IMG/VR virus record: IMGVR_UViG_3300034101_003795
Span: 27,953 to 91,952 of that record
Strand: one strand, 5' to 3'
Length of the DNA: 64,000 nt
From: a virus
Made by a program: the position numbers and the translations under genes. Every line of letters begins with the position of its first letter. Positions within the stretch are counted from its first letter, which is position 1. The notes beneath the pieces were generated by a model. It did no database searches. It was not told the origin of the DNA and was given only the letters and a program-made list of their open reading frames with translations. Below, piece by piece: positions 21,128 to 30,406 of this stretch.

Positions 21128-22170
21128 TCCGCACTTCCTGGAGCTTTATATTTACCAAATGAATGATTTTCTGCCTTATATTCTGATACTACAGTATCCA
21201 TTCCTTTTACCTCAATATCATGTTTAATTTGTTCACACTTTGTCATGAATGTGTCTTTTTTACAACATTGACTGTCTCTATATTCTATTACTGGCAATAT
21301 GCTGTTATGGTCTTGAAAATCGCTTTTGCCAAAATGACATAATTTATTGCACATCCATGTTTTATTTAGTCTTGGTTTTTGTGTTTGTCTTATGATCTCA
21401 AATTTCTTTTGTAGCATTTGCTCTGTTCTTTGCAAATCGCTTTTATCAAATAAAATTGAGAAAGGGCCTCCATCATTAATAAAGTATATTGTTATCATAA
21501 CACTATCATATTCAGGATATAATTTGCTAATAGCATAATGATATATCAATAACTGAGGATCTGTCTGAAGTTTTTCTGGTGTTTTTTCTTTACCAGTGGC
21601 CCAATCTAGTCTTCGTCCTGTTTTCCAGTCGATGACCTCGATTGTATTATCGCTGGCCTTGGTGATTAAGTCAATAGTGCCTTTTAGTCCAAGATAGCCT
21701 TGCAGTTTACCTTCGGGTGTGTCAAAAGAATATTTTGCCCAAGGCTTTTTAATTTCAAAATCAAAATGTTGTTCTGGACATAATATTTCTCTATTCCTAG
21801 GATCAAAAGCTCCGTCATGATATGATATGGCTTTATTAACCCAGTTATGACAATCCTTATAATCTTTTACTTCCCAAGTATGATGAGAGAATTGACTAGT
21901 ATAATACTTATATGTTTTTTCTATAATAGTATTTAAACTATATTTTTTCGTATATACTTTACCTATAACATCATCTTCAAAAGAATCTATTCCGTCTTGT
22001 TCGCTCTTTTTTATTATTGCTAGAATTTCTAAGGCTTTATGACATATAGTTCCTTTATCAGCCTTTTTATTAGATGGTCCTCTCATACCGAGCACATATT
22101 CTATAAAATATTGTTGTTCACACATATTATGTGTGTTGAAAGAACTGCTTCTAAAATATGTGGTTATAAT
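21124..22170 (-). CDS. PD-(D/E)XK exonuclease with Fe-S staple (Cas4/AddB-like)
   Basis: GTICH, GTIDLI, VIDWKTG, QLLIY; N-terminal Cys plus C-terminal CNKLC...C; frame extends upstream of ATG 22125 to an ATT at 22170. Confidence 0.8.
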   Translation of the reverse strand: MITTYFRSSSFNTHNMCEQQYFIEYVLGMRGPSNKKADKGTICHKALEILAIIKKSEQDGIDSFEDDVIGKVYTKKYSLNTIIEKTYKYYTSQFSHHTWEVKDYKDCHNWVNKAISYHDGAFDPRNREILCPEQHFDFEIKKPWAKYSFDTPEGKLQGYLGLKGTIDLITKASDNTIEVIDWKTGRRLDWATGKEKTPEKLQTDPQLLIYHYAISKLYPEYDSVMITIYFINDGGPFSILFDKSDLQRTEQMLQKKFEIIRQTQKPRLNKTWMCNKLCHFGKSDFQDHNSILPVIEYRDSQCCKKDTFMTKCEQIKHDIEVKGMDTVVSEYKAENHSFGKYKAPGSAE

Positions 22171-22751
22171 GGTAGTATTCCTTTATTTTGTAAAAAATCA
22201 TAAATTAATTTATTTTGTTCTTCAATCGTAAGTTCTTTATTGTCTATTATCAAATCAAAATTATTCTGATCATAGTTTTCAGGATCTAAAGCTATTTCAC
22301 TAGCATGATTAGAATGATAAAGATTCCTACATAGTTTAATAACTATTCCACCACTATTCTTAATTGCTTCTACTTCATTTGGAAATCTACAATCAGCAAT
22401 CAAAGATAATGGATGTTGATCTTTATTAATAGTTCTAATTGTAGCACTCGCCCACACATTATGCTGCATGGTTCTGAACATCTCTGTCCCAACTAATTGA
22501 AGAACCTCTCTGGCGGAAAGTTGTTTATTGTTCCAATAACAGTCAACCAATTCATTTTTTTGATCATCTGTTCCATAGCATTGGTCATATGTTAAACCAA
22601 AAATACTGATACACATCATCTTAAGAGGATCAGCAAAATTATAGACTTTTGCATTACCTAGTTTATTATCTAAGAAAATTTTTGTAACGAATTCCGCACA
22701 TGTTGTTTTTCCAGACTGTTTTCTTCCTGCGAACGCTATTATTTGTGTCAT
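22164..22751 (-). CDS. deoxynucleoside monophosphate kinase
   Basis: GRKQSGKTT, FADPLK, REVLQLVGTE, DCRFPNE, HASE (T4 gp1-like). Confidence 0.88.
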   Translation of the reverse strand: MTQIIAFAGRKQSGKTTCAEFVTKIFLDNKLGNAKVYNFADPLKMMCISIFGLTYDQCYGTDDQKNELVDCYWNNKQLSAREVLQLVGTEMFRTMQHNVWASATIRTINKDQHPLSLIADCRFPNEVEAIKNSGGIVIKLCRNLYHSNHASEIALDPENYDQNNFDLIIDNKELTIEEQNKLIYDFLQNKGILPL

Positions 22752-23896
22752 AAAAATCTCTTTATCTGATTATTAATTTCTTCTTTAGTCATTTCGGCAA
22801 CATCTGATTTCGTAATAGAAATTCTTTTTACCTTATATGTATTTTTACATTTTTCTTCAATTATTTTGGCTGCTTTATCACCAGCGTCATCATTATCGGT
22901 AAGAATAATAATATTCATAGCTCCTGACCCATCTAAAAGTATCTTTTGTCTATCACTTAATGAAGACCCAAACATAGCAACACTATTATGTATTCCTTCT
23001 TCTTCTAATCTCCATACATTGCCAGGGCTTTCTACAAGAATAACCTGAGAACTATCTAAGATAGAGTCTTTAGCAAACCAAAAATTATACAAGTGGTTTT
23101 GACTTTTAAAGTCTTTATTATGTTTCCACTTACAATATTTCCATAGTTCTTCTGATCTTGGACAATCTTCTGCGTGGTCATGATAATGTTTACACTTGCT
23201 ACATTTCTCATAGACACTTCTTCCAGAACATCCTACTACATATTTGTAAGTTATATCATATATAGGAACAACAGCCCTACCATACATTTCTTTATTTTTG
23301 TTTGAGCAGGTTCCAACGTCGTATCTATCTAAGATCTCAGACCCAAAAGACCTATCAAGAAAATATTTACTTGGTATAGAGAGTGATTTTCTAACAATTT
23401 TTCTAGTGATATCTTTATTATGTGTCTCATTATTGTTTTTAGTAATATTATTTACAATATTTAAGAATTTCTTTTTCTCGATTTCATCATTAGATATTTT
23501 TATATCGTCAAGATTCTCATTTAAAAACTCTTCAACAAAAGACATTGTATCATTAAAAGATATTGAAGAGTCTCCATTTTTACTCCAATTATTTTTTTTA
23601 TTAGATAACACGCCTCTTATAAAACCAATGATAGAAGATTTAAATGTTTTCTCGCATCCATGAGTTCTACATTTCCAATTTCCTCTATAGGCATCCCCAG
23701 TAGGATATAGATTAAATGCAGACATATTATCGCCATCATGTATGGGACACGGCCCCACAAACATTTTACCATTTTGTTTTAATTCAGATATTCCTAAAGT
23801 TAATAGTAGTGATTCAAAATTATCACATAGTTTATCACATATAACTTTTAGTTCATGCTGATTATATGAACGGGATATTTTGGTCATCATTGTCAT
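22748..23896 (-). CDS. dnaG: DNA primase (CHC2 zinc finger + TOPRIM)
   Basis: CPIHDGDN...WKC; LVESPGN; DNDDAG; extra Cys/His insert CSKCKHYH. Confidence 0.88.
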   Translation of the reverse strand: MTMMTKISRSYNQHELKVICDKLCDNFESLLLTLGISELKQNGKMFVGPCPIHDGDNMSAFNLYPTGDAYRGNWKCRTHGCEKTFKSSIIGFIRGVLSNKKNNWSKNGDSSISFNDTMSFVEEFLNENLDDIKISNDEIEKKKFLNIVNNITKNNNETHNKDITRKIVRKSLSIPSKYFLDRSFGSEILDRYDVGTCSNKNKEMYGRAVVPIYDITYKYVVGCSGRSVYEKCSKCKHYHDHAEDCPRSEELWKYCKWKHNKDFKSQNHLYNFWFAKDSILDSSQVILVESPGNVWRLEEEGIHNSVAMFGSSLSDRQKILLDGSGAMNIIILTDNDDAGDKAAKIIEEKCKNTYKVKRISITKSDVAEMTKEEINNQIKRFL

Positions 23897-25328
23897 TTGT
23901 TATATTAAATCCATTTGTTTTACTATTTTTGGTTATATTATTAGAAATTTCTAATTTGGTTCTTCCTTCTACTATTTTAGCACACCACCCCTTCATGTGA
24001 CAATTAATATAATCATTATCGTCTAATCCTCCTCCGTGCCTACTGATTAAAGGAACCAATTTTCTATTTCCTTCATTTGGTCCATCTTCTGCTATTTCTT
24101 CTTCGCTCTTCTTTTTGAAAATACTAAAATTACTACACAACCAAATGATTCTATCAGAACCGCTTGCTGTATCTGTACTTTCTTTATTGATACCGTCTCT
24201 ATTTAATTGAACAAAAGCAACAACAGGCACTTTATATCTGGTAGCAAAATTATGTAAACTAGTCATCATGAATCCAAGAACCTGATATTCTTTTAGATCT
24301 TGACTCATTCCAGCACTATCCATTAGTTTTAAATAGTCATAAAATATTACACATGGTTTTGCGGACCCATCATCATTTAAACCAACCTCCTTAACTATCC
24401 ATCTTCTCATGATAGACAATTGTTCTTCAAATGGTTTTCCTGCAATACTTTTATAAAATAGTTTAGTATTTTTTAATTCTTGAACCGCTTTTATAACTTT
24501 ATTATTCTTATCTTGAGATTGAGAGAACTTACCAGTTTCAATATGATTAATCTCTGTCTCTGTCATCATAGCTAAAATTCTATTAATATGATCTTCTTTT
24601 GTCATTTCTGTATCCATATTTAATACAGGAATATTTTGTTTAGCTATATTAAAACCCATATTATCTGATAATAGTGTTTTGCCTGTCTTTGGTCTGGCCG
24701 CTATTACATTAACTGTGCTTTTTCTTAAACCACCACCAATGGCTTGATCATATACAGGAAACCCTGTTGGAATACCAACTTGATCTATTGGATTATTAAT
24801 TAATTGATTTATATAATCATCAATATCTGATCCTATAGCAACAGGATTTGATTCACTATCATTAATTAAAGAAGTAAAATCAAAAACAGTATCTTCCGCA
24901 ATAGATATAATAGAAGTTATTGGTTCACTACCATTTATATCTAACAGTTTAGATTTTGCATTTTCTAGTTGTTCATGCAATAATCTCGCTATTTGTAATT
25001 TTCTAATCTTTGCTGCAAATTTTGGAATGTTGTCCTTATTTACAGGAAAATCCATTATTGCTCTGAGATGCTGAGTCTCTTCTTTTTTAGAAAGAATTTG
25101 TGATACACCCAATTCCTGAGCAATAGAATAAATGGATGCTATATCTATGGTTTTTGTTTGTCTTTCACAAAGCTCTTTTAAGCACTTGAATATGATAGCA
25201 TTACTATCTATAGTAAATGATGTTTCTTGAAGTATATCTGCTATGTCTAGATATACATCTTCTCCATATCTATAGATACCAGATAGAACTGCTCTTTCAG
25301 CAGATGGATCGGCTAAAACTGTAGGCAT
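23862..25328 (-). CDS. dnaB: replicative DNA helicase
   Basis: AERAVLS, GIPTGF, AARPKTGKT, DYLKLM, QLNRDG. Confidence 0.93.
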   Translation of the reverse strand: MPTVLADPSAERAVLSGIYRYGEDVYLDIADILQETSFTIDSNAIIFKCLKELCERQTKTIDIASIYSIAQELGVSQILSKKEETQHLRAIMDFPVNKDNIPKFAAKIRKLQIARLLHEQLENAKSKLLDINGSEPITSIISIAEDTVFDFTSLINDSESNPVAIGSDIDDYINQLINNPIDQVGIPTGFPVYDQAIGGGLRKSTVNVIAARPKTGKTLLSDNMGFNIAKQNIPVLNMDTEMTKEDHINRILAMMTETEINHIETGKFSQSQDKNNKVIKAVQELKNTKLFYKSIAGKPFEEQLSIMRRWIVKEVGLNDDGSAKPCVIFYDYLKLMDSAGMSQDLKEYQVLGFMMTSLHNFATRYKVPVVAFVQLNRDGINKESTDTASGSDRIIWLCSNFSIFKKKSEEEIAEDGPNEGNRKLVPLISRHGGGLDDNDYINCHMKGWCAKIVEGRTKLEISNNITKNSKTNGFNITNDNDDQNIPFI

Positions 25329-25335
25329 ATTTTAT

Positions 25336-25731
25336 TTAACCATTTGATGATGAACACTTGTTACATTTATATCTGTCTGCTGAGTCTGGTAAAATGGCTG
25401 GATTTATAGATTCCTTTTTACCACAAACCCTACAAGCAACTTTTATTGGTTCATACTCTCTATTTCTTTTTGTTGGTGGGTGGCAACATAGTTTTTTATC
25501 TATTTCAACATCAGATTTATGCATATTCATTTCTGGCATTTCAAGAAATTTATTATAAGCTTCTTCCTGCTTACTGCTTCTTGTTTTTGTCTTAATATTA
25601 TTATTAAGTTTTGGCTGTTTGTTCTTCTTTGTTTTTTCTGGTTTTACGGTGGTCTCTTCTTTTGGTAAAAGACCCTGTAGTAAAGTTATAAGCTGCTTAA
25701 TTTGTTCTGGATTAGATATATCAGGTTCCAT
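25336..25731 (-). CDS. hypothetical protein with C-terminal Zn ribbon
   Basis: CRVC...CNKC. Confidence 0.65.
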   Translation of the reverse strand: MEPDISNPEQIKQLITLLQGLLPKEETTVKPEKTKKNKQPKLNNNIKTKTRSSKQEEAYNKFLEMPEMNMHKSDVEIDKKLCCHPPTKRNREYEPIKVACRVCGKKESINPAILPDSADRYKCNKCSSSNG

Positions 25732-26209
25732 GTTTCACCTTAGTCCTTTGTACAGAGAGTATGATGTCCGATAGGTTCTTAACACTATTAGCTAAGTAAC
25801 TAAGCCTATCCATGCGTTGATGAGCGTATTTTTTAATTTTATTCAAGTTAGTGGCTTTATCATTATGTTTTATGGCCTGCAATGATTTCTCTACGAAGCC
25901 ATATCCTTTATAATTATTTATTTCATCTGCTATTGTTTCTTTAATACTCTCTTCAGCCCAGTTATGCCTAGCTATTTCTCTATTAAGTGTTCTTTGTAGG
26001 AAAAATGCGTATTGTGCAAGTCGATATGATATTTGAGCACAATCTTCTGGTGTCAATTTCTCTACCATATCCCTACTCATTGTAAAATAATTGTTTAGTT
26101 CGGTTTCTGTAAAACTATGAACTTCTGAATACTGTCCTAAACCTATTGATGATTCGTACTCATCTAGGATCTTATCCCAATGATCCACCTGTTCTTTAGT
26201 TGTTGACAA
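25721..26209 (-). CDS. helical hypothetical protein (UvsY-like mediator candidate)
   Basis: All-alpha/coiled-coil character, between recA and dnaB; TTG start at 26209 with GGAG RBS. Confidence 0.5.
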   Translation of the reverse strand: MSTTKEQVDHWDKILDEYESSIGLGQYSEVHSFTETELNNYFTMSRDMVEKLTPEDCAQISYRLAQYAFFLQRTLNREIARHNWAEESIKETIADEINNYKGYGFVEKSLQAIKHNDKATNLNKIKKYAHQRMDRLSYLANSVKNLSDIILSVQRTKVKHGT

Positions 26210-26600
26210 TGCTATTTCTCCATTCTGTTTCATTATTATATGGTAGTGATATATATTTTATATTATTAATTTCACACCATTCTTGTTTTTCCCTATCTCT
26301 TTTTTGTGATTTTAAAAAGTTCAATATGTTTGAATGATAAAATGGCACAAACTTATAGTGTTGTTCTCCATGAACCTCAAAACAAGTTTTCTTTAATGGA
26401 AGATAAAAATCTAAATAAAGAGTTTCATTTCTTCTTAGTTGTATTGGTACTTCTTCTAGTATCTGTAAAGTAGGATAAATTTCAGTTATAAGATTTCTTA
26501 CGGTTAGATGATATGATGATTTATTAACAACTTTACCTTTTGACATATTACCAGTTAATAACCAATTATGATTATTACCATCCAGATCTTTAATCAGCAT
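26196..26600 (-). CDS. PD-(D/E)XK (Vsr/DUF559-like) endonuclease
   Basis: LYLDFYLP...FEVHGEQHY...RDREKQEWC. Confidence 0.75.
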   Translation of the reverse strand: MLIKDLDGNNHNWLLTGNMSKGKVVNKSSYHLTVRNLITEIYPTLQILEEVPIQLRRNETLYLDFYLPLKKTCFEVHGEQHYKFVPFYHSNILNFLKSQKRDREKQEWCEINNIKYISLPYNNETEWRNSIVNN

Positions 26601-27607
26601 TTTAATCCCATAGTTGTTTTAATATTTTTTACTAGATCAGTATATGCTGATTCATTTTCTAATAAATATTGTCTAACCTTTTCGCTTCCTTGAAATTTTG
26701 GCTTGTCTGGTAGTCCTGTTAGAGTATACCAAGCCCCGCCTTTGTGTATCAATCCCATATCAGATGATAGTGTAATGGCTTCCATGTATTTGTCAACCCC
26801 CTGACCATAACGAATATAACTCGTAATCTGTCCACCGGGAGGACCAAGTGCTGAACATATAACTTGCCATTCTATCTCTTGTCCTATTTGTGTACTATCG
26901 GCACTAAGTGTCCAGGGCTTAAATGTTTTTGCTCGTAATTTAATATCTGTCTGATACGCAATAGCCTGACCACTCTTCTCTTTAAATTCTGCACCATAAC
27001 CAGTAGGATTACCCATTAAATGAGTAATACCAATAACAATATTCTTATTTACAGGAATTACATTAGCAACCTTACGACAGAATTTAGCTAATAACTTTGC
27101 CCCATCTGCTCGTTGCATCTTATCCATATCGCTAGTAATTTCAGCTTCTGTGCATAATGCAGAATATGAGTCTATGATTAATAAACTTCCTGGTATTTCA
27201 TTAATAATTTTCTCTGCTATTTGAAGATACTCTTCCGCATGAAGAATCTTACCTTGTTGAGACCCTATAACATGAAATCTATCTAAATTTAACCCTGGTA
27301 TTCCTTCTAGGTCTCTTTTTTTCAATCTACCTTCAATATTTAGATAGTACACTTCTCTTGGATCTTTTAAGTCTCCTTGATATTCTGGCTTCTGTGCTGT
27401 TGCTGCGAAATCCAATGATGTTGTGGTTTTTCCACATTTGGGCTGTCCAGTTAATACAACAAAACTACCTTCTGGAATTCCACCGTTCAATATAATATCA
27501 AGCGATGGACTAACTGGTATAACGACACTTTTCTTGTCTACAATAGCATTTCCAGTTAATATAATATCGTCTCCAAAACTTTTAACAACGTCCTCTTTTA
27601 AACTCAT
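26594..27607 (-). CDS. recA: RecA/UvsX recombinase
   Basis: SPSLDIILNGGIPEG, GQPKCGKTT, IIDS, KGGAWY. Confidence 0.9.
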   Translation of the reverse strand: MSLKEDVVKSFGDDIILTGNAIVDKKSVVIPVSPSLDIILNGGIPEGSFVVLTGQPKCGKTTTSLDFAATAQKPEYQGDLKDPREVYYLNIEGRLKKRDLEGIPGLNLDRFHVIGSQQGKILHAEEYLQIAEKIINEIPGSLLIIDSYSALCTEAEITSDMDKMQRADGAKLLAKFCRKVANVIPVNKNIVIGITHLMGNPTGYGAEFKEKSGQAIAYQTDIKLRAKTFKPWTLSADSTQIGQEIEWQVICSALGPPGGQITSYIRYGQGVDKYMEAITLSSDMGLIHKGGAWYTLTGLPDKPKFQGSEKVRQYLLENESAYTDLVKNIKTTMGLKC

Positions 27608-28014
27608 TCTAGTTCCTTTAATTTAGATAATATAGATTTTTTATTTGACGAATTATTTAGAAATTTCTTATCTTCAGATCTATCAAACTCTACAGATACG
27701 TTTTGATTTTGATTTTCTAAAATCTCAGTTTGGTTATCTATGATAGCTATAAGGTGCGGTGCTCGCAAAGAAAAGATTCTTTCAGCTTCTTTAGTCTTCA
27801 AAGCTTTAATTATAGCAATTTCTGGATATTTTTTTATTAACTTATTAGCTGTTGCAATCTGGTCTCTATAAAATTTTGACCAAGTAGGATTGGTCCAGAA
27901 TCTATAGTGTAAATCTTTCTTATCTATCCTAGCCTTATTCTCACAAATAATTTCCGTTATATACTGAGCCGCCGATACTTCCTTACCATTCGAATATTTT
28001 GATGGATATTTCAT
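27604..28014 (-). CDS. hypothetical protein
   Basis: ATGA-coupled ORF. Confidence 0.6.
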   Translation of the reverse strand: MKYPSKYSNGKEVSAAQYITEIICENKARIDKKDLHYRFWTNPTWSKFYRDQIATANKLIKKYPEIAIIKALKTKEAERIFSLRAPHLIAIIDNQTEILENQNQNVSVEFDRSEDKKFLNNSSNKKSILSKLKELE

Positions 28015-28343
28015 TTCTTCTTCATTTGAAAGATAGAATTCTTTGTTGTCCTAGATATTGGTTGTTGTATAGTCTTTTTAAAAGCATCATTTACTTCAGA
28101 CGCTGATTTAGTCATTATTGATACATTTTTGGTTCCCTTGCCACTTGTTTCCATTATCATTAAATCTTTACTATTTGTTCTTGATGAGGTAGTTCTTATA
28201 TTATTTTGCTTATCTTTTACTGGCTTGGGCATATGCTTCTTGACTTCTGTTAATTTTATACCCAGCTCTTTAGCAATTTCTTTTTGCTCAATTCCTTGAT
28301 TTACTAAATACAAGATTGCATATTTTGTAGTATTATTATTCAT
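28011..28343 (-). CDS. HTH-containing hypothetical protein
   Basis: QGIEQKEIAKELGIKLTEVKKH; start refined to MNNN. Confidence 0.6.
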   Translation of the reverse strand: MNNNTTKYAILYLVNQGIEQKEIAKELGIKLTEVKKHMPKPVKDKQNNIRTTSSRTNSKDLMIMETSGKGTKNVSIMTKSASEVNDAFKKTIQQPISRTTKNSIFQMKKK

Positions 28344-28714
28344 GTTAATTCCCTTTCGGCATTGTTTAGCCATGCTAGATTTTTTGTTCTTAAAAAGTTT
28401 AAATACATATTGAATACTTTACTATTCACCTTAGTAAAATTATATTCTTGTTTACCCACTTTAGATAGGAATTTATTTGATTTTCCTTCTGAGTATAAGC
28501 CTATTGGATTATATACTTTTCCGTGCAAGCCTATTTTTAAATAGTATTGCTCGGTATCTGTGCCTTTGATATAGGCTAAGCATTTTTTTTCATCATCGGT
28601 TAGTGGATTTCCTGCCATATCGATATCATCATGCTGGCCAAAAAGGGTATATCTTCTATAAGTACTTTTGGCTTCTTGTTTATCTGGATTTATTTTGAAT
28701 ACATCATTTTCCAT
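28340..28714 (-). CDS. hypothetical protein
   Basis: Coupled ORF. Confidence 0.6.
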   Translation of the reverse strand: MENDVFKINPDKQEAKSTYRRYTLFGQHDDIDMAGNPLTDDEKKCLAYIKGTDTEQYYLKIGLHGKVYNPIGLYSEGKSNKFLSKVGKQEYNFTKVNSKVFNMYLNFLRTKNLAWLNNAERELT

Positions 28715-29090
28715 TTAGTTTTCTCCTTTTTTTACCTTGAGTCCCAGGCCATTTTACCTTTTCTTTTTTGCTTACTCTGCTCATGCCAGATGGTAGATCT
28801 TTAAGCTCTTTAGTATCGTACTTGTATTCATTATGTTTCATATTTAAAGCAGTTAATTGATCTTCACTCATCCTATCTCTGTTTCTGTTTGCTAAGTCTC
28901 CGAGTGTTTTTAGTTCAGTATCGCATTTCCTAACAGATGTGCTTTGTGTCGCAACATCTACAATATATCGTCTAGTAGTTTGATCTGATCCACAATTATC
29001 ACAATTTGGAGTAGAATTATAGTCTTTTATATAAAAGAATAATTCAAAATCATGATTACATTTGGTACAATTATAGGAATATGTCGGCAT
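28704..29090 (-). CDS. FmdB-family Zn-ribbon protein
   Basis: MPTYSYNCTKCNHDFE...CDNCGS. Confidence 0.8.
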   Translation of the reverse strand: MPTYSYNCTKCNHDFELFFYIKDYNSTPNCDNCGSDQTTRRYIVDVATQSTSVRKCDTELKTLGDLANRNRDRMSEDQLTALNMKHNEYKYDTKELKDLPSGMSRVSKKEKVKWPGTQGKKRRKLNGK

Positions 29091-29091
29091 G

Positions 29092-29670
29092 TTAAAAATA
29101 GGACTCTGGTAAGTAAATTTTCCATTCTACTGGTATGTCCTTTATCTTAACTAAGTAGGACGCTATAGGCAAGTACTTCATATTTTTTTGAGGCATTATT
29201 GGCAAATTTCTAAGTGGCATATTTGCTTGTTTAGGAGTTTTATTCCCTTTTCTTCTATTACAATAAACACAAGCGGTAACTATATTAGTCCAACTAGTCG
29301 GAGATATCTTATCATTATTCCATAAAGATTTAGGTATTACATGATCATATGTAAGTTGGTTTATTTCTACTTGATTGCCACAATATTGACAAGTATAATT
29401 ATCTCTAATAAATAAATTTTTTCTAGAAAATTTTACTTTGGAATTATTTATACGAAAATATCTTGCTGTTTTAACAACAGCGGGGATTGGATATTTTTTA
29501 TCATTAGAACAAAGAATATAATCGTCTTTATAAAAATCAATTATTTCAACACCAATCTTACGGTTGGCCTCGTGTTTAAAAGACCAAACAATAGCTTTTT
29601 GCCAATGAATTATAGTAATAGGAGTATAGTCAGCATTTAATACTAGACATTTAGTATTTTGTATTTTCAT
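29092..29670 (-). CDS. HNH endonuclease
   Basis: LVLNADYTP; RDNYTCQYCG...DHVIP...NIVTACVYCNRRK. Confidence 0.9.
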   Translation of the reverse strand: MKIQNTKCLVLNADYTPITIIHWQKAIVWSFKHEANRKIGVEIIDFYKDDYILCSNDKKYPIPAVVKTARYFRINNSKVKFSRKNLFIRDNYTCQYCGNQVEINQLTYDHVIPKSLWNNDKISPTSWTNIVTACVYCNRRKGNKTPKQANMPLRNLPIMPQKNMKYLPIASYLVKIKDIPVEWKIYLPESYF

Positions 29671-30385
29671 TTTCTATTTGACTTAATCTTCCTAATATTT
29701 TAACAATTATAGGATTTCTAACTATATCAGAACCCAATAACTGCACAATACCAATACTATCAATATCATTTAAGGCATTTATCATTTCGGCAAATCCGCC
29801 TCTTTGACTTTTGTGGAGATCGCTTTGTCCAACATCTCCAGTAAGTACCATTTTACTATTATTTCCAGTTCTTGTCAATAACATTTTTAATTGATCATAC
29901 GACGCATTTTGACATTCATCGGCGACAATAAAAGCATTATGAAAATTACGACCTCTCATTAATCCTAATGGAACAACTTCAATTTTATTATTCAATCTTA
30001 ATGATGCATAATGGGATGGGCTTATAAAGTGATTAATTTCATCTAATATTGGTAATAGATATGGATGAAGTTTCTCTTCTGCTGTTCCGGGTAAATAGCC
30101 AATTTTTTCACCAGCCTCTATCACTGGTCTTGTTATTATGATCTTTTTTACTTTATCATCAAGTAAATACTCAAGAGCCATACCAATAGCAATATGTGTT
30201 TTACCACTACCAGCCAATCCCTGGCAAAATGTTATCGTATTTTCAGCTATCATACGAATATATTCTGCTTGATTATCTGTTCGTGGCTTCAATCTATTTC
30301 GATATGCATGACCAGCATTTTCATTCACCAATGGTTTTGTTGCATCAATTACTTTCTTTTTCTTGCTTCTTGTGTTTTTTCTCAA
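29651..30385 (-). CDS. phoH: PhoH-like ATPase
   Basis: GLAGSGKT, GYLPG, MRGRNF, DECQN, LTGDVGQSD, VRNP; TTG start. Confidence 0.93.
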   Translation of the reverse strand: MRKNTRSKKKKVIDATKPLVNENAGHAYRNRLKPRTDNQAEYIRMIAENTITFCQGLAGSGKTHIAIGMALEYLLDDKVKKIIITRPVIEAGEKIGYLPGTAEEKLHPYLLPILDEINHFISPSHYASLRLNNKIEVVPLGLMRGRNFHNAFIVADECQNASYDQLKMLLTRTGNNSKMVLTGDVGQSDLHKSQRGGFAEMINALNDIDSIGIVQLLGSDIVRNPIIVKILGRLSQIENENTKY

Positions 30386-30406
30386 TGGTTACCCTTTGCT
30401 ATAGAG

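Noticed and set aside
21124-22170. CRISPR-Cas locus around the Cas4-like gene
   Set aside because: No repeat-spacer array or other cas genes seen; context is replication
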